Virus record (IMG/VR): IMGVR_UViG_3300008113_000183
Span: 6,143 to 70,142 of that record
Length of the DNA: 64,000 nt
Direction: 5' to 3' (one strand)
Source: a virus
Below the pieces are notes generated by a model that did no database searches, was not told where the DNA came from, and saw only the letters and a program-made list of their open reading frames with translations. The first letter of the stretch is position 1. The number at the start of each line of letters is the position of its first letter. Made by a program: the position numbers and the translations under genes. Below, in pieces: positions 23,201 through 32,555 of the stretch.

Positions 23201-26200
23201 GCTCTTGCGTATGGATCAGACCACATTCTGTTTCTAAATGCTCCAACCATAAACAAAAATAATTGTCTTGATGTTTTAATTGATGCAATATACTGATCTT
23301 GATCCTCTTTTTCAGACACTCCAGATAAAGTTAATGACTCTCTAATAATTCCTAATATTTTGTCTAATTTATCGTTTAGCAAATCGTTAAAATAACTTAT
23401 TAAGCCAACACTTGAATCCGGATTATCAATAAAACTTTTTCTTGCAGTTTCTAAACCTTGTCTAGTTTTTTCCGAAACAATTTTTTGCCCTGCGTATACG
23501 GCCTGTCCATTCTCTAAAGCTGGCCCTTGAACGTCAAGTGAATCAAAAAATCTATCACCAAAAACTAAAGAAAATTCATCTTCTGCTGTTCCACCTGAAT
23601 CTCCATAGTTTTTAAATAAATTATTTACATTTTTATTTGTAGCCGCTGTTGATTCTTGACTGTCTGCGTTTTGCGTAGAGTATCTTTTTTCGAGGTTGTC
23701 AATGTATTGTCTTCCACTTTGATTTCCGGTAGTAACTCCTTGATCACCTAACTTTGATCCAAGCCCAAACCCTGCGCTAAGATAGCTTCCAATTTCTTGT
23801 TCACTTTCTGGACCATCTGCTGGAAGACCATAAGCTCTCTGGAAAGCTTCTTTAACTTTTGCATATGTATGATAACCGGACCTAAATTGATCCCATATTT
23901 CTATTGCCTGTTGTAATGTTCTTCCGTTGCCTGCAATAACTGAAACTTCTTGAGAATAATCTTCGTCATAAAACTTTCTAGCTTCTACAGACTTTGGCTC
24001 AGCTTCATCAAAAATTGGAGAGAATCTTTTTCCAGCAAAACTTGATCTATCTTTTTTTTCTTCTTTTAATATGTTTTTTAGATTGTCTAAATCATCGTAT
24101 TTACCGTTTTTTACTAAATCAAAATAATCTTTTGTTCCTGGACCAAACTCACCATTTTCGCCAAGAATATTTCCAGCTATTTCTAGTTTTCCAATTGAGT
24201 TAATAGCATCAACAATAGAAACACTGTCAGCTAAACGGAATTCAAAAAATGCATCTCCATCAGAAGGTGCGGTCGGACTATAGCTTTGGTTTACTCTAGT
24301 TAGTTTCTTACCTTTAAATACTCCAAAAGAAATAATCTTTTTATCACCACCGAACTCATGAACAACCTCTTCTCCAGGAGGAGCAAATTCATCTACTGGA
24401 AGCACTATATCAGGAACAACGCCTACGGGCATATCATCTGGAACGAAAGCGTAATAGCATTTTCTTGGAATGGGGAAAGGAGCAATTCCGGTAGCGGCGG
24501 TTGTTTGTATGGAGTCTTCTGCTCCATGCCAATCACCTTCTGATTTTGAGTGATTCCCATCTGACCAAAAAGTTTTTTCACTTTGAGTAAGATTTAACAT
24601 ACCAAGATAATATGCTGCGTCAGGAGAGACTACTGCGCTGAGGTGAGCTTCTTTTCCAAGCTGAAGTGTATTACCGCCACCAACACCCCAGTGAGATCCG
24701 GTATCAAGTTTTGATCTCACAGTATTTCCAAATTTATCTGTAGAAAATACGGTGCTATTTCCATTCTCAACCGTATTGTCATATGGGGATGCTATTCTTA
24801 CTGTTTCTTGACCCCAAAGATAGTATGCCGGCCTACATACGACAGCCTTACCAGTACTTGGGCTATAAATCATAACTTTTCTTTCCTGATATGATTTAGC
24901 ATTGCCGACCGGAACGTAACCGCCTTGACTTTGTATAAACTGCTCTATGCTTTCATCGGAAAATCCATCTGAAGGTTTATATGGCCATCTCATGGCAATG
25001 TAGAATTGTTCGTCCTCTGGAGTTTTTGGAGCCTTCCAATCTCTTAACCCTGCTGCGTTTGAATTAAAGTCTGGATTATTTTTTAGGATATTATAAACAT
25101 CTGCCCTAGTTTCACTTGAGTCAAGTATTAAACCTGGATTATCTGGTAATGGCATTCGAATAACTGCAGATCCACTTGTTGCACCAAGTTTTTCTTGGAA
25201 TATATAACTATCTGCTATTTCAGTTTCTGTTCCTTTAAAACTTGGCATGCCAGATGCGTTAAGTTTAAGGGCAAGCGGGATTCCATTTGCATTTTCGACC
25301 GTTGAATAATCAACTGTATTACTAACTCCAGCATAGCGTTCACTTTCTAGCTTTAGTAAAGTTACCCACCTTGTTTCTTCTTTTAACCCACCAACTTCAT
25401 TGTAACTCCAGCTATCAAGTGCTAAAGTCATGTAGTCAGCTTTGTGATTTTCCCATTTACCCAATTGATCAGCTAGTGCGTAATAGGCAAAGTCTTCCAA
25501 GACAACTTTGTCATCTCTATCGGTAAAAAATGGAAATCTATATCTAAGAGGTAATTGATCTATCTGTTTATGATTTTTTAATTGATTTTCATCAAGAGTT
25601 ACTTGGGTTGAATCTTCTGTTGATATAGGTAAGTGAAAACCAACTGTTGCAAAACCAAAAGCTTCTGGAATTTGAGCTATTGCATTTCCAGAATCATCTC
25701 TATATTCCATAGTTGATTTGTAGCCAAAAGCTATAACCCTACTTTTACCTGCATTGTCTCTTAATTTATCTGCAGGTATATAAACTCCACCTGAAGTTGT
25801 TGTTAATTGCTGTGATAAGGTATCTTCAATCGATATTAGCGAACTATCCGCTTGTGTGAAAGCCGCAGCATCAGCGATTGGATTAGAGTTCTTATTAAGC
25901 TCTTTCATTGTGTTCTCAAGAACAGTATCTATATCCAATTCTTTTGGAGCAGAGATTCCAAGTTCTTCTGCCCTCTTTGTTCCTGGGTATCCAGTTGTCA
26001 ATGGAACAACGCCAGAGGTATACAACCAATGGGGTTTACCGTAAAATACAGTAGATCTATCTTCAAATGGTCTTACTGCAACAATGTAATTAGGCAGAAG
26101 TCTTGCGCACATTTGAAAGAGATCCCAGACAGTTCTCATGTATGTTTGAGCTCTAAATGAAACCTCATCTAAACCAGGCAAGTCGTCGTCTAAGCCAGAA

Positions 26201-29200
26201 GTTATACCCATTGCATTAAATAGATTAGTTCCACCTCTTCCGCTTAGAACTCCAGCTAAACCACCACCAGCGAGTATTCCACCAATTATTGGGGCGCCAA
26301 GTCCTCCAGTTACGGCTATACCAGCAGCTGCAACAGCACCACTTAAAGCTACCTTAGCAAATCCAGCTGAATTATTATTATTTCTTACTTCATTTTGTTG
26401 ACCATTTGCATCTATTAAATTTTTAGCATCAGTGTTTCCAGCTGAAACTCCACTGCCAGCATTTGCTGTCATTTCATTCCATGAATAATCAGTTAGTCTA
26501 CCAATATAATTAAGTCTTTCGTTTGGTTTATCTTCTGGTGTAATACTGGCTACGGTCGACCATCCGTCACCAAGGTCTCCACCTAAGAACTGAGCAATTC
26601 CGGTTCCATTTCCTGGGTAAATATTTCTCTTAAATATTTCAAAATCTCTTTGCGAACTAAAGTTTGCCCACAATGTTCTCATTAAAGAAATGCCACCAGA
26701 CCTTACTTCTGGACCAACTCCAAAAACACTTTCTTCATCTCCACCAGTTGCCAACACATTAATAGCAGATCCTATGCCAAACGTTTTTCCATTTGCCTCA
26801 CCTAAAGAATCAAATATACCTTTGACTTGAGAAACAACTGCTTCATTCTTTGCAGCCTCTAGATCGTTAAGTGGCTCATAAAGTATTTGACCAAAGTGTC
26901 TAATGCCAAACTTATTTTCTGAGAATATTCTTCCCCTAGTAGCGTGTGCTATTGCTTCGCGAGTTCTTGATGAACCCATTGTCAAAAGTCTAACCATAAG
27001 ATCTCTTGGCTCAGACAGCCAGAATCCAGTGTTTATTCCACCGTCGATCTTACCGCTGTCTCCCTTTTTATTTGTCGAGTTAACGATTGGACTTAATTCA
27101 ATAGCATCTGATTGAGCAGTAATTGTTACTATTTCTCCATTTTCTACAGAAGTAATTGTTCCATTGAATATAGTTTGCAACGAGTTTGGATTAGCTCCAT
27201 ATCCGCCTCTTAGATGCACTCTTACACCTGGCTTGAGCCTTATGCTATTGATGTCAACCACATATGTGTTTTCCATGTGTCCAACCATATTACGAGCTCT
27301 ATTGAGAGCTTTATCTAGGACTGATTCAATTCCATCTAATTGTGTTAATTGTTCATTTTGAAACTCTTCTTCTGCGTCAAAGATTCTAGTAGACTCTGCT
27401 GTTGTTAACTTAGAGTACATATTTGAAACTCTAAGAATTAAAGTATCACCTAAAATATCTTCAGATTGAACAACGGAAAAATCTATAATTGATTGAAGAC
27501 CATAGAAGTTGTCAAACAACTTTACTCCAGAAAAATAACCACCTTCATCAATAAGCCAAAGCATGTAGGTTGGAAATGCTCTAATCATTCTTCCTGAGAT
27601 ATCTCTGTACTTTGTATCTATGAGCATTCTTTCCCAGTGTTTTGCAACATTGCTATTTGCAGCCTGAGTAGACATAACCTCTGGTGAGTCGGATGAACTT
27701 CCTGAATAAGGGTCACTAAAGTCTGCCAGATTTGATCCAGCTCCCTTAAGGGAATCTATATGGGCGCTGCCTTCGCCCTTTTTGTATGTCTTAGAAGGAT
27801 CATCGGCATCAGTAAATGGAACAGCGATCGGCACAAAGTTGATCTTTCCATCTGTGTCATCTCCGGAATTAGCCTTTGTTGGCCTTACTCCGTCAATTGT
27901 AAAATAAAATCTATTATTAGACTTGCTTACATAGCCTAAATGATAGCCATTTGCATGGTATAAGAAGGCTGGCATTTTGTCATCTGAAGGATTTTCTTCT
28001 GCTGGTATATAAGTAATTGTGTGATGAATGGTTAATTCGTCAGGATCAATACTAAGGTAGCCGTCTTCTGAAATAACTAAATCTTTAGTTTCAAGTATAT
28101 TTTGAATTTGCTGAGTTGCGCTAGAGTCACTATACGACAAGTCTCCAACTGCAGTGTTGAACTTTACGCTTCCAGATCCAAGAGAAGCTGTTAAGCCAAA
28201 AACTGCAGTTTTATCATCTATGTCTGGATATTCTTTAATAAAATCTATTAACAAGTTTTTGTTTTGACCCTTAAAGAACTCTCGAACTGCCCCTTCTACA
28301 TATGCAGATGCTTCGAGTAAACCTATTTGTTCTTTATCAAAATACTCTTTTAGTTTCTTTAGTTCATTGTTTTGAACCATAGTTTTAATATCATTAAGAA
28401 TTTTGTTAGTATTCTTTTGTTGTTCAGTTGTAGACTGAGCATTAAGTTGTTTTGGAGTAACAGTAAAAGCCTTCATTTTTTCTTGCTGTGGAGCAAGATG
28501 TTCGATGATGTCATCGTCAAACATTTCAAAAGATCTAAAATAATAATCCGGATCTAAACATCCAACGACTTCTCCATTAGAATCTTTTACAGAAAGAGGA
28601 AAATCTGGATATGCATTAAAAGCACCCCATAGCTGTTTAATTCTTAAAAATGGGTTTCTCTTTGTTCCAAATGTTTCTATCATATCTTTTTGCTGCTTTG
28701 ACGAAAGTGTCTCTCTTTGCTGTTGAAAAATATCAAAGTCAACAAGAGACATTCTTACGTCATAAACGTGTGGAAAATTTGGAATAGTATTAACTTCATA
28801 ACTTAAGGGCATTACATACTTAATGCCAGCTAAAGCGGCAACTATATTCTTGATGCCCATAAAGCCTATAACGCCAGTAGAATGTTCAATTCTTGCTAGA
28901 CCATTAATATGCTCAAAAACTTTTCTTAGTTTTATTAATTCTTTTTCGCCAAAAACAGTCATTGATATATTAATATAAGAATCTTTTCCACCAATGTGTT
29001 GATAAGTTGGCTCCTCTTGCATTTGGAGCTGCAACTTAGCTAAGTTATTTCCAAGAGTCACTGAAACACCATTAACTATTACGGCTTTAGGATCCAGATC
29101 AACCTTAAACATTGGAACTTCCCATTCGTTAAATTGGTAGTTCGCCTGTCTTAACCTTTTAGCTTCCATTAATTCTTTAATTGGACCACTCTTAAAAAAT

Positions 29201-32073
29201 CTATTATATACAAGAACATTGAATGCTCTAGCTATATCTTCTCTTGCTTGGTCTTCAAAATCTTTTGCAGGTCTTCCTGTGGTATTAGCTTTTCTTTCTG
29301 CTTCCTCAATTGCAAGTCGGTTTAAAGTTTCCTCTGTACTTGTTGATGCTTGAGTAAAAAGATTTCTAACATCTTTAAGGCTATAGTTATTTGCGCCCAT
29401 CTTTAAATCTTTACCCTTATACTTAAAGGTAATCACTGTTGTAATGTAGTCTTGTGTTGGTGGATTGTTTGGATCCTTTAATACATAATCAATTTCCTGT
29501 TGAGTTAGATTTGATTTGTTTTCCGCAACGAATGCTTTGGCAAAAAAATCATACACTTTTTCATTGATTGTATCTTTACCAATGCCAGCGGTAATTAATT
29601 CTATACTCTCTAAAACAACTCTTCTCGCAGAAGGGCTTACTGAACCTTCTATTGAAGTTTGGACAACTGAATTTAAAGATCTATGATATCCGGCAGATTG
29701 GTTAATGTCTATTCCCATTGTCTTAAGTAGAGAGTCCCACATTGACTGGCCGGTATCGTCTAATAATCTTTCTTCTTCAGATCTAAAGGAAGAAGAGTCT
29801 GGAGTAAATATCTTAGTTTGTATTCTTTCTGGAATAAACAAAGATATATTATTTCCATTTCTATATTCTTTAATTACATTCGTTGTAAGCACGTCGTCTT
29901 TATATGGATCTGTAATTAAATCTGGTTCCGTTAAATAATTATCTTGTGAATTAGAAAGAACTTCTACTGCCCTGTCTCCAGGAAGACTTGAAAACTGAGG
30001 ATCAAATGCATCGTCTTCTGGTTTGGGTAGCAAAAATGATTCGTTAATATAACTATGCAGGCTTCCTGCTGCTTTACCCATATAATGTCTAAACTTACCC
30101 CAATGAACAGCTTGGTTGAAATCTTTAATCATTGGCAAAAATGGTTTGTGATTAAAATTTAATAGTTCAAGATCCACAACTAAAGCAAACGGATAATTTG
30201 GAATAGTAGAAATACTCATTGAAGAAAGTGCTACGCCACTAATTCCATGAACAGTATTTAGATAGTGACTTTTTATTGGGAGTATTGGAGCATACTTAAA
30301 TGCCGCCACAAGACCTCTAAGAGATGAAAGAAACTTGTCTATTTTTTCTTCATTACCAGCTTCTTTAAAGTCTATTTTAAAATCTTTATTGAGTGTAACA
30401 TCTTTAATGCCATCTATTGATAATCCCCAAATTTCTTCATAATTTGGAAAAAACAATTTTACGCTTATAGTTGTTTCTTTATATCCTGCATTGAACTTAG
30501 GACTATTTTTTTGTCTAATAGCACCAGATGTTAAGCTACCCGTTTTAAACTGTGAACTTACATTAATGGAGACTGGTGGAACGTAAAAATTTGATGCACC
30601 TAGTCTAAGATGAAATATATCTGGAGTTTTTGGGGAAATGTTTTCCCTAAACGGGAATGCATCGAGTGCACTTTTAATTCTTTGTCCAGTATTAATTAAC
30701 TCCCAAGCTGGCTTGAATATTGGCTTTCCATCTTTGTCGGTACCAAAAGCTCTTAGTAGAGATTTAGCTAATTCATCTATATTGTTAATTGGATCGTCTT
30801 CGCTGCCACCAGAATAGTCTGCTGCTGCTGCTGAAGCGTTAAAAAATAAAGTAGAAAGATTAGGAAAGTATGACTGTACTATAGCAAGCGTTAAAGGATC
30901 TCTTGAAAGATTTTGAGTTACAATAACTAAATCATTTAGCCAAATAGTATCCCTAACTGGATCCAAGGCCTTTCCAGCACTTCCTAGTTCTGGATCTAAT
31001 AAGTTGTTTCCAACAGAAAATCTTTTTCTAGCAAAATCTCCAATTGCTGCTGCGCTTACAGCTAAATCTAATAAACCACTAGTTTTTATTCTATTCCAAA
31101 TATTTTTGAAATACTTATCATTTGACGAAACTTGTACTTCACCATTTTTTATAAAAGAACGATAAAATGAACTCTTTATATTATCTTTGTATTCCTCATT
31201 GTTATACAAGGATGAAGGAATTTTTCTAATTATATATTCTTCTATATCAAACAATACATCAGCGGTTGCAAGCATTCCGTTAAATTGAGATTCTAACTGT
31301 GAAGTATTACCTCTATCTGCAGTGTCAGATTCTGGGTTAGAGTTAAAGTCATTTTCACCTACGGTATAATTTTGCAGCTTGTCTTTAATTGCTCTTAGTC
31401 GTCCAATTGCTCCTGGAACTGTCATTACCGAAAGGTAATAAGAAGAGCTCATAAGTTGCGTATTGTTAAGTATCTTATCGCTTAACATTTTTGAAGCAGA
31501 AGTCAAATATGTTTCTGCTTGTTGATCAGTAAACTTTTCTCTATCTAAGAATGCCCTGAACATATAGTCAGCAATTGCTGCTGCACCGTAGGAGTCTTGG
31601 GTTTTTACATTTTTATATTGTGAGTATGAAGACTTATAATACTGATCATCTATTTGTAATATTCCATTTTCTGAAACTGGATATTGTGGAGGATTATATT
31701 TTTTATTATTATAAGTATAAGAGCTTCCTGAGCCCGCCTCAAAAAGTGGATTAAAATATTTATTATAAATTTTTATAATTTCTTCACTTGTTTTTTGTTT
31801 TCCTGGACGGATTTGAACATACAAGGAATCTGTGTAGCCAGAAATTAATGTTGGCCATAAGTAAAAATTTACGTTATTTCTATCATTTTTATTATCAAAA
31901 CTTTTCTTAAAATCAGCACTTGAGTCTGCATAAATAACCCTTTTGAGTTCCTTTAGTCCGGCAGCAGCAATTTCTAAGAGAGTATTGACGTCTGACACTA
32001 TTGCGTTATATTTTTCTACCGTCAACTCCTTCATGAAAGGAGTTACTAAAGTTTGAGTTGAAGTTTCAGCCAT
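20254..32073 (-). CDS. Giant baseplate hub/tail-tip protein (3939 aa) with a C-terminal thermonuclease (SNase-like) domain
   Basis: Hub-like segments LKPGVRVHLRGGYG...IFNGTITSVENGEIVTITAQ and GEIVIIGNADIRPHD...FEVEQVVHHF. SNase motifs IIDGDT, IRFDGINTPE, DVYGERVLG and LNWELVVNNLAKVY. Confidence 0.75.
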   Translation of the reverse strand: MAETSTQTLVTPFMKELTVEKYNAIVSDVNTLLEIAAAGLKELKRVIYADSSADFKKSFDNKNDRNNVNFYLWPTLISGYTDSLYVQIRPGKQKTSEEIIKIYNKYFNPLFEAGSGSSYTYNNKKYNPPQYPVSENGILQIDDQYYKSSYSQYKNVKTQDSYGAAAIADYMFRAFLDREKFTDQQAETYLTSASKMLSDKILNNTQLMSSSYYLSVMTVPGAIGRLRAIKDKLQNYTVGENDFNSNPESDTADRGNTSQLESQFNGMLATADVLFDIEEYIIRKIPSSLYNNEEYKDNIKSSFYRSFIKNGEVQVSSNDKYFKNIWNRIKTSGLLDLAVSAAAIGDFARKRFSVGNNLLDPELGSAGKALDPVRDTIWLNDLVIVTQNLSRDPLTLAIVQSYFPNLSTLFFNASAAAADYSGGSEDDPINNIDELAKSLLRAFGTDKDGKPIFKPAWELINTGQRIKSALDAFPFRENISPKTPDIFHLRLGASNFYVPPVSINVSSQFKTGSLTSGAIRQKNSPKFNAGYKETTISVKLFFPNYEEIWGLSIDGIKDVTLNKDFKIDFKEAGNEEKIDKFLSSLRGLVAAFKYAPILPIKSHYLNTVHGISGVALSSMSISTIPNYPFALVVDLELLNFNHKPFLPMIKDFNQAVHWGKFRHYMGKAAGSLHSYINESFLLPKPEDDAFDPQFSSLPGDRAVEVLSNSQDNYLTEPDLITDPYKDDVLTTNVIKEYRNGNNISLFIPERIQTKIFTPDSSSFRSEEERLLDDTGQSMWDSLLKTMGIDINQSAGYHRSLNSVVQTSIEGSVSPSARRVVLESIELITAGIGKDTINEKVYDFFAKAFVAENKSNLTQQEIDYVLKDPNNPPTQDYITTVITFKYKGKDLKMGANNYSLKDVRNLFTQASTSTEETLNRLAIEEAERKANTTGRPAKDFEDQAREDIARAFNVLVYNRFFKSGPIKELMEAKRLRQANYQFNEWEVPMFKVDLDPKAVIVNGVSVTLGNNLAKLQLQMQEEPTYQHIGGKDSYINISMTVFGEKELIKLRKVFEHINGLARIEHSTGVIGFMGIKNIVAALAGIKYVMPLSYEVNTIPNFPHVYDVRMSLVDFDIFQQQRETLSSKQQKDMIETFGTKRNPFLRIKQLWGAFNAYPDFPLSVKDSNGEVVGCLDPDYYFRSFEMFDDDIIEHLAPQQEKMKAFTVTPKQLNAQSTTEQQKNTNKILNDIKTMVQNNELKKLKEYFDKEQIGLLEASAYVEGAVREFFKGQNKNLLIDFIKEYPDIDDKTAVFGLTASLGSGSVKFNTAVGDLSYSDSSATQQIQNILETKDLVISEDGYLSIDPDELTIHHTITYIPAEENPSDDKMPAFLYHANGYHLGYVSKSNNRFYFTIDGVRPTKANSGDDTDGKINFVPIAVPFTDADDPSKTYKKGEGSAHIDSLKGAGSNLADFSDPYSGSSSDSPEVMSTQAANSNVAKHWERMLIDTKYRDISGRMIRAFPTYMLWLIDEGGYFSGVKLFDNFYGLQSIIDFSVVQSEDILGDTLILRVSNMYSKLTTAESTRIFDAEEEFQNEQLTQLDGIESVLDKALNRARNMVGHMENTYVVDINSIRLKPGVRVHLRGGYGANPNSLQTIFNGTITSVENGEIVTITAQSDAIELSPIVNSTNKKGDSGKIDGGINTGFWLSEPRDLMVRLLTMGSSRTREAIAHATRGRIFSENKFGIRHFGQILYEPLNDLEAAKNEAVVSQVKGIFDSLGEANGKTFGIGSAINVLATGGDEESVFGVGPEVRSGGISLMRTLWANFSSQRDFEIFKRNIYPGNGTGIAQFLGGDLGDGWSTVASITPEDKPNERLNYIGRLTDYSWNEMTANAGSGVSAGNTDAKNLIDANGQQNEVRNNNNSAGFAKVALSGAVAAAGIAVTGGLGAPIIGGILAGGGLAGVLSGRGGTNLFNAMGITSGLDDDLPGLDEVSFRAQTYMRTVWDLFQMCARLLPNYIVAVRPFEDRSTVFYGKPHWLYTSGVVPLTTGYPGTKRAEELGISAPKELDIDTVLENTMKELNKNSNPIADAAAFTQADSSLISIEDTLSQQLTTTSGGVYIPADKLRDNAGKSRVIAFGYKSTMEYRDDSGNAIAQIPEAFGFATVGFHLPISTEDSTQVTLDENQLKNHKQIDQLPLRYRFPFFTDRDDKVVLEDFAYYALADQLGKWENHKADYMTLALDSWSYNEVGGLKEETRWVTLLKLESERYAGVSNTVDYSTVENANGIPLALKLNASGMPSFKGTETEIADSYIFQEKLGATSGSAVIRMPLPDNPGLILDSSETRADVYNILKNNPDFNSNAAGLRDWKAPKTPEDEQFYIAMRWPYKPSDGFSDESIEQFIQSQGGYVPVGNAKSYQERKVMIYSPSTGKAVVCRPAYYLWGQETVRIASPYDNTVENGNSTVFSTDKFGNTVRSKLDTGSHWGVGGGNTLQLGKEAHLSAVVSPDAAYYLGMLNLTQSEKTFWSDGNHSKSEGDWHGAEDSIQTTAATGIAPFPIPRKCYYAFVPDDMPVGVVPDIVLPVDEFAPPGEEVVHEFGGDKKIISFGVFKGKKLTRVNQSYSPTAPSDGDAFFEFRLADSVSIVDAINSIGKLEIAGNILGENGEFGPGTKDYFDLVKNGKYDDLDNLKNILKEEKKDRSSFAGKRFSPIFDEAEPKSVEARKFYDEDYSQEVSVIAGNGRTLQQAIEIWDQFRSGYHTYAKVKEAFQRAYGLPADGPESEQEIGSYLSAGFGLGSKLGDQGVTTGNQSGRQYIDNLEKRYSTQNADSQESTAATNKNVNNLFKNYGDSGGTAEDEFSLVFGDRFFDSLDVQGPALENGQAVYAGQKIVSEKTRQGLETARKSFIDNPDSSVGLISYFNDLLNDKLDKILGIIRESLTLSGVSEKEDQDQYIASIKTSRQLFLFMVGAFRNRMWSDPYARAWLVLKPNRKFAGDDNWDFTPVLKIFQAYIDPNEDYGKSKDKFTKLLAQNRSEGSSATNFIGKWGEDVSGFWDKNIGPLFTALGDSLSGLVNLFRMSMMQLGYGLSQVGQMSKQANILNKVLNDSIYYSLGRPGSLLRAVDNPFTREYAEPVIEIRQPFQRVHYLSSFSHILANGITENLNGVATMVTAVSDGKYPVTVAMDKSAPAERQVEKTVETGLFFDNATGSGLFGALHPILHPFEFARGISKFAQGTPDEMLARRVALAHLKDSLKDIYTGEIVIIGNADIRPHDLVYLADVYERMYGMFEVEQVVHHFTSELGFVTSITPNALVTVNDPAKWFMSSWIGTWMHMQSLRNDTRLYMSSLGSGINSMSQISVDGLADSLQTQMIGGIQFTHGAAALTKDIMAHFTSEGINDINTQVKGLVAQGSAASSGQIALGGMSSMFIGATALGATALGITSMAIPGASLLVGGISAGLGAGVGGKLAWKGWSWMRDNVLDQHGCYIQYLNKNGKAMDSGLGLSGQGMVVGRYHTKKLLPGILGVSSKIKTAEGYSYIRTNDLLSKLGWKEKEINDLVRYIDFENALVNTQVLKYSGIGPEKAGLNRFFKVICKVEEIIDGDTIDVIDLLDTSGKKFRIRFDGINTPEINVISTDIHTSGKTANITNISINSKKATITTEANHDFNVDEICVIAIDNPGGFYILNSSAKIEATPTPNTFVIATSLPDNSAAKTGKVRVYATNSGEFVNSSSPGGKAKMFTRNALKDKIFVLRVSPENVTASFTENDFEAGSAKSIERRLINGEPVPVYYDKDVYGERVLGVIFYKTPTQALETIIREANSLFDKYKKASSADLLTQLASSFSPGVFSDRYSDLTSKAKDINKTDYFTQYASSTIQGVSAAMKQTYNAYVSLRLTEYIYERVSEWPNVEWDEYYDDGTPVSLNWELVVNNLAKVYTANMRIEQPSVIDSYENAAIPSQVTVNRNN

Positions 32074-32079
32074 AATTTA

Positions 32080-32550
32080 TCAGAACATTCTGTTAAGTCT
32101 TAAGTTTTTTGACATTCTGTCACTAGAGGAACCACTCATGGTAATTCCGCTGTAGTTATTCATTATACTCTTATTTTGAAGATTTGTAAAGGAAAGTGAG
32201 CTTCCCATAGCTGGGTTTATTCTTTTATCTTTATCTCTGTACCTTGCACCCTGTAAAGACTTTGCATCATACCCCCTATTGTCCATTTGAATGTGGGTTG
32301 ACTTACCGTTGTCTAACCCTTCCATGGACCCTCTTATGGGATCTGGTTGTCCGTCATTTATTTTAGATCTAGATTGATGAACTGTAGTTTGTTGGGTTCT
32401 TGCTGACTCTGAATTATCTGCTGTCTTAGAACTGGATATAGAAGCGGAATAATGATTTGCAGTTCTAGTTTTTGCAGTAGAGTTAACCTTAATGGTCGAT
32501 GCAGCCCTAAGGTTTTTATTTTGATTATCTGCACCAAGAATCATATACAA
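32080..32550 (-). CDS. Hypothetical Ser/Asn-rich protein
   Basis: 156-aa ORF that fills the gap between coupled genes on the coding strand. Confidence 0.55.
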   Translation of the reverse strand: MYMILGADNQNKNLRAASTIKVNSTAKTRTANHYSASISSSKTADNSESARTQQTTVHQSRSKINDGQPDPIRGSMEGLDNGKSTHIQMDNRGYDAKSLQGARYRDKDKRINPAMGSSLSFTNLQNKSIMNNYSGITMSGSSSDRMSKNLRLNRMF

Positions 32551-32555
32551 TCAAC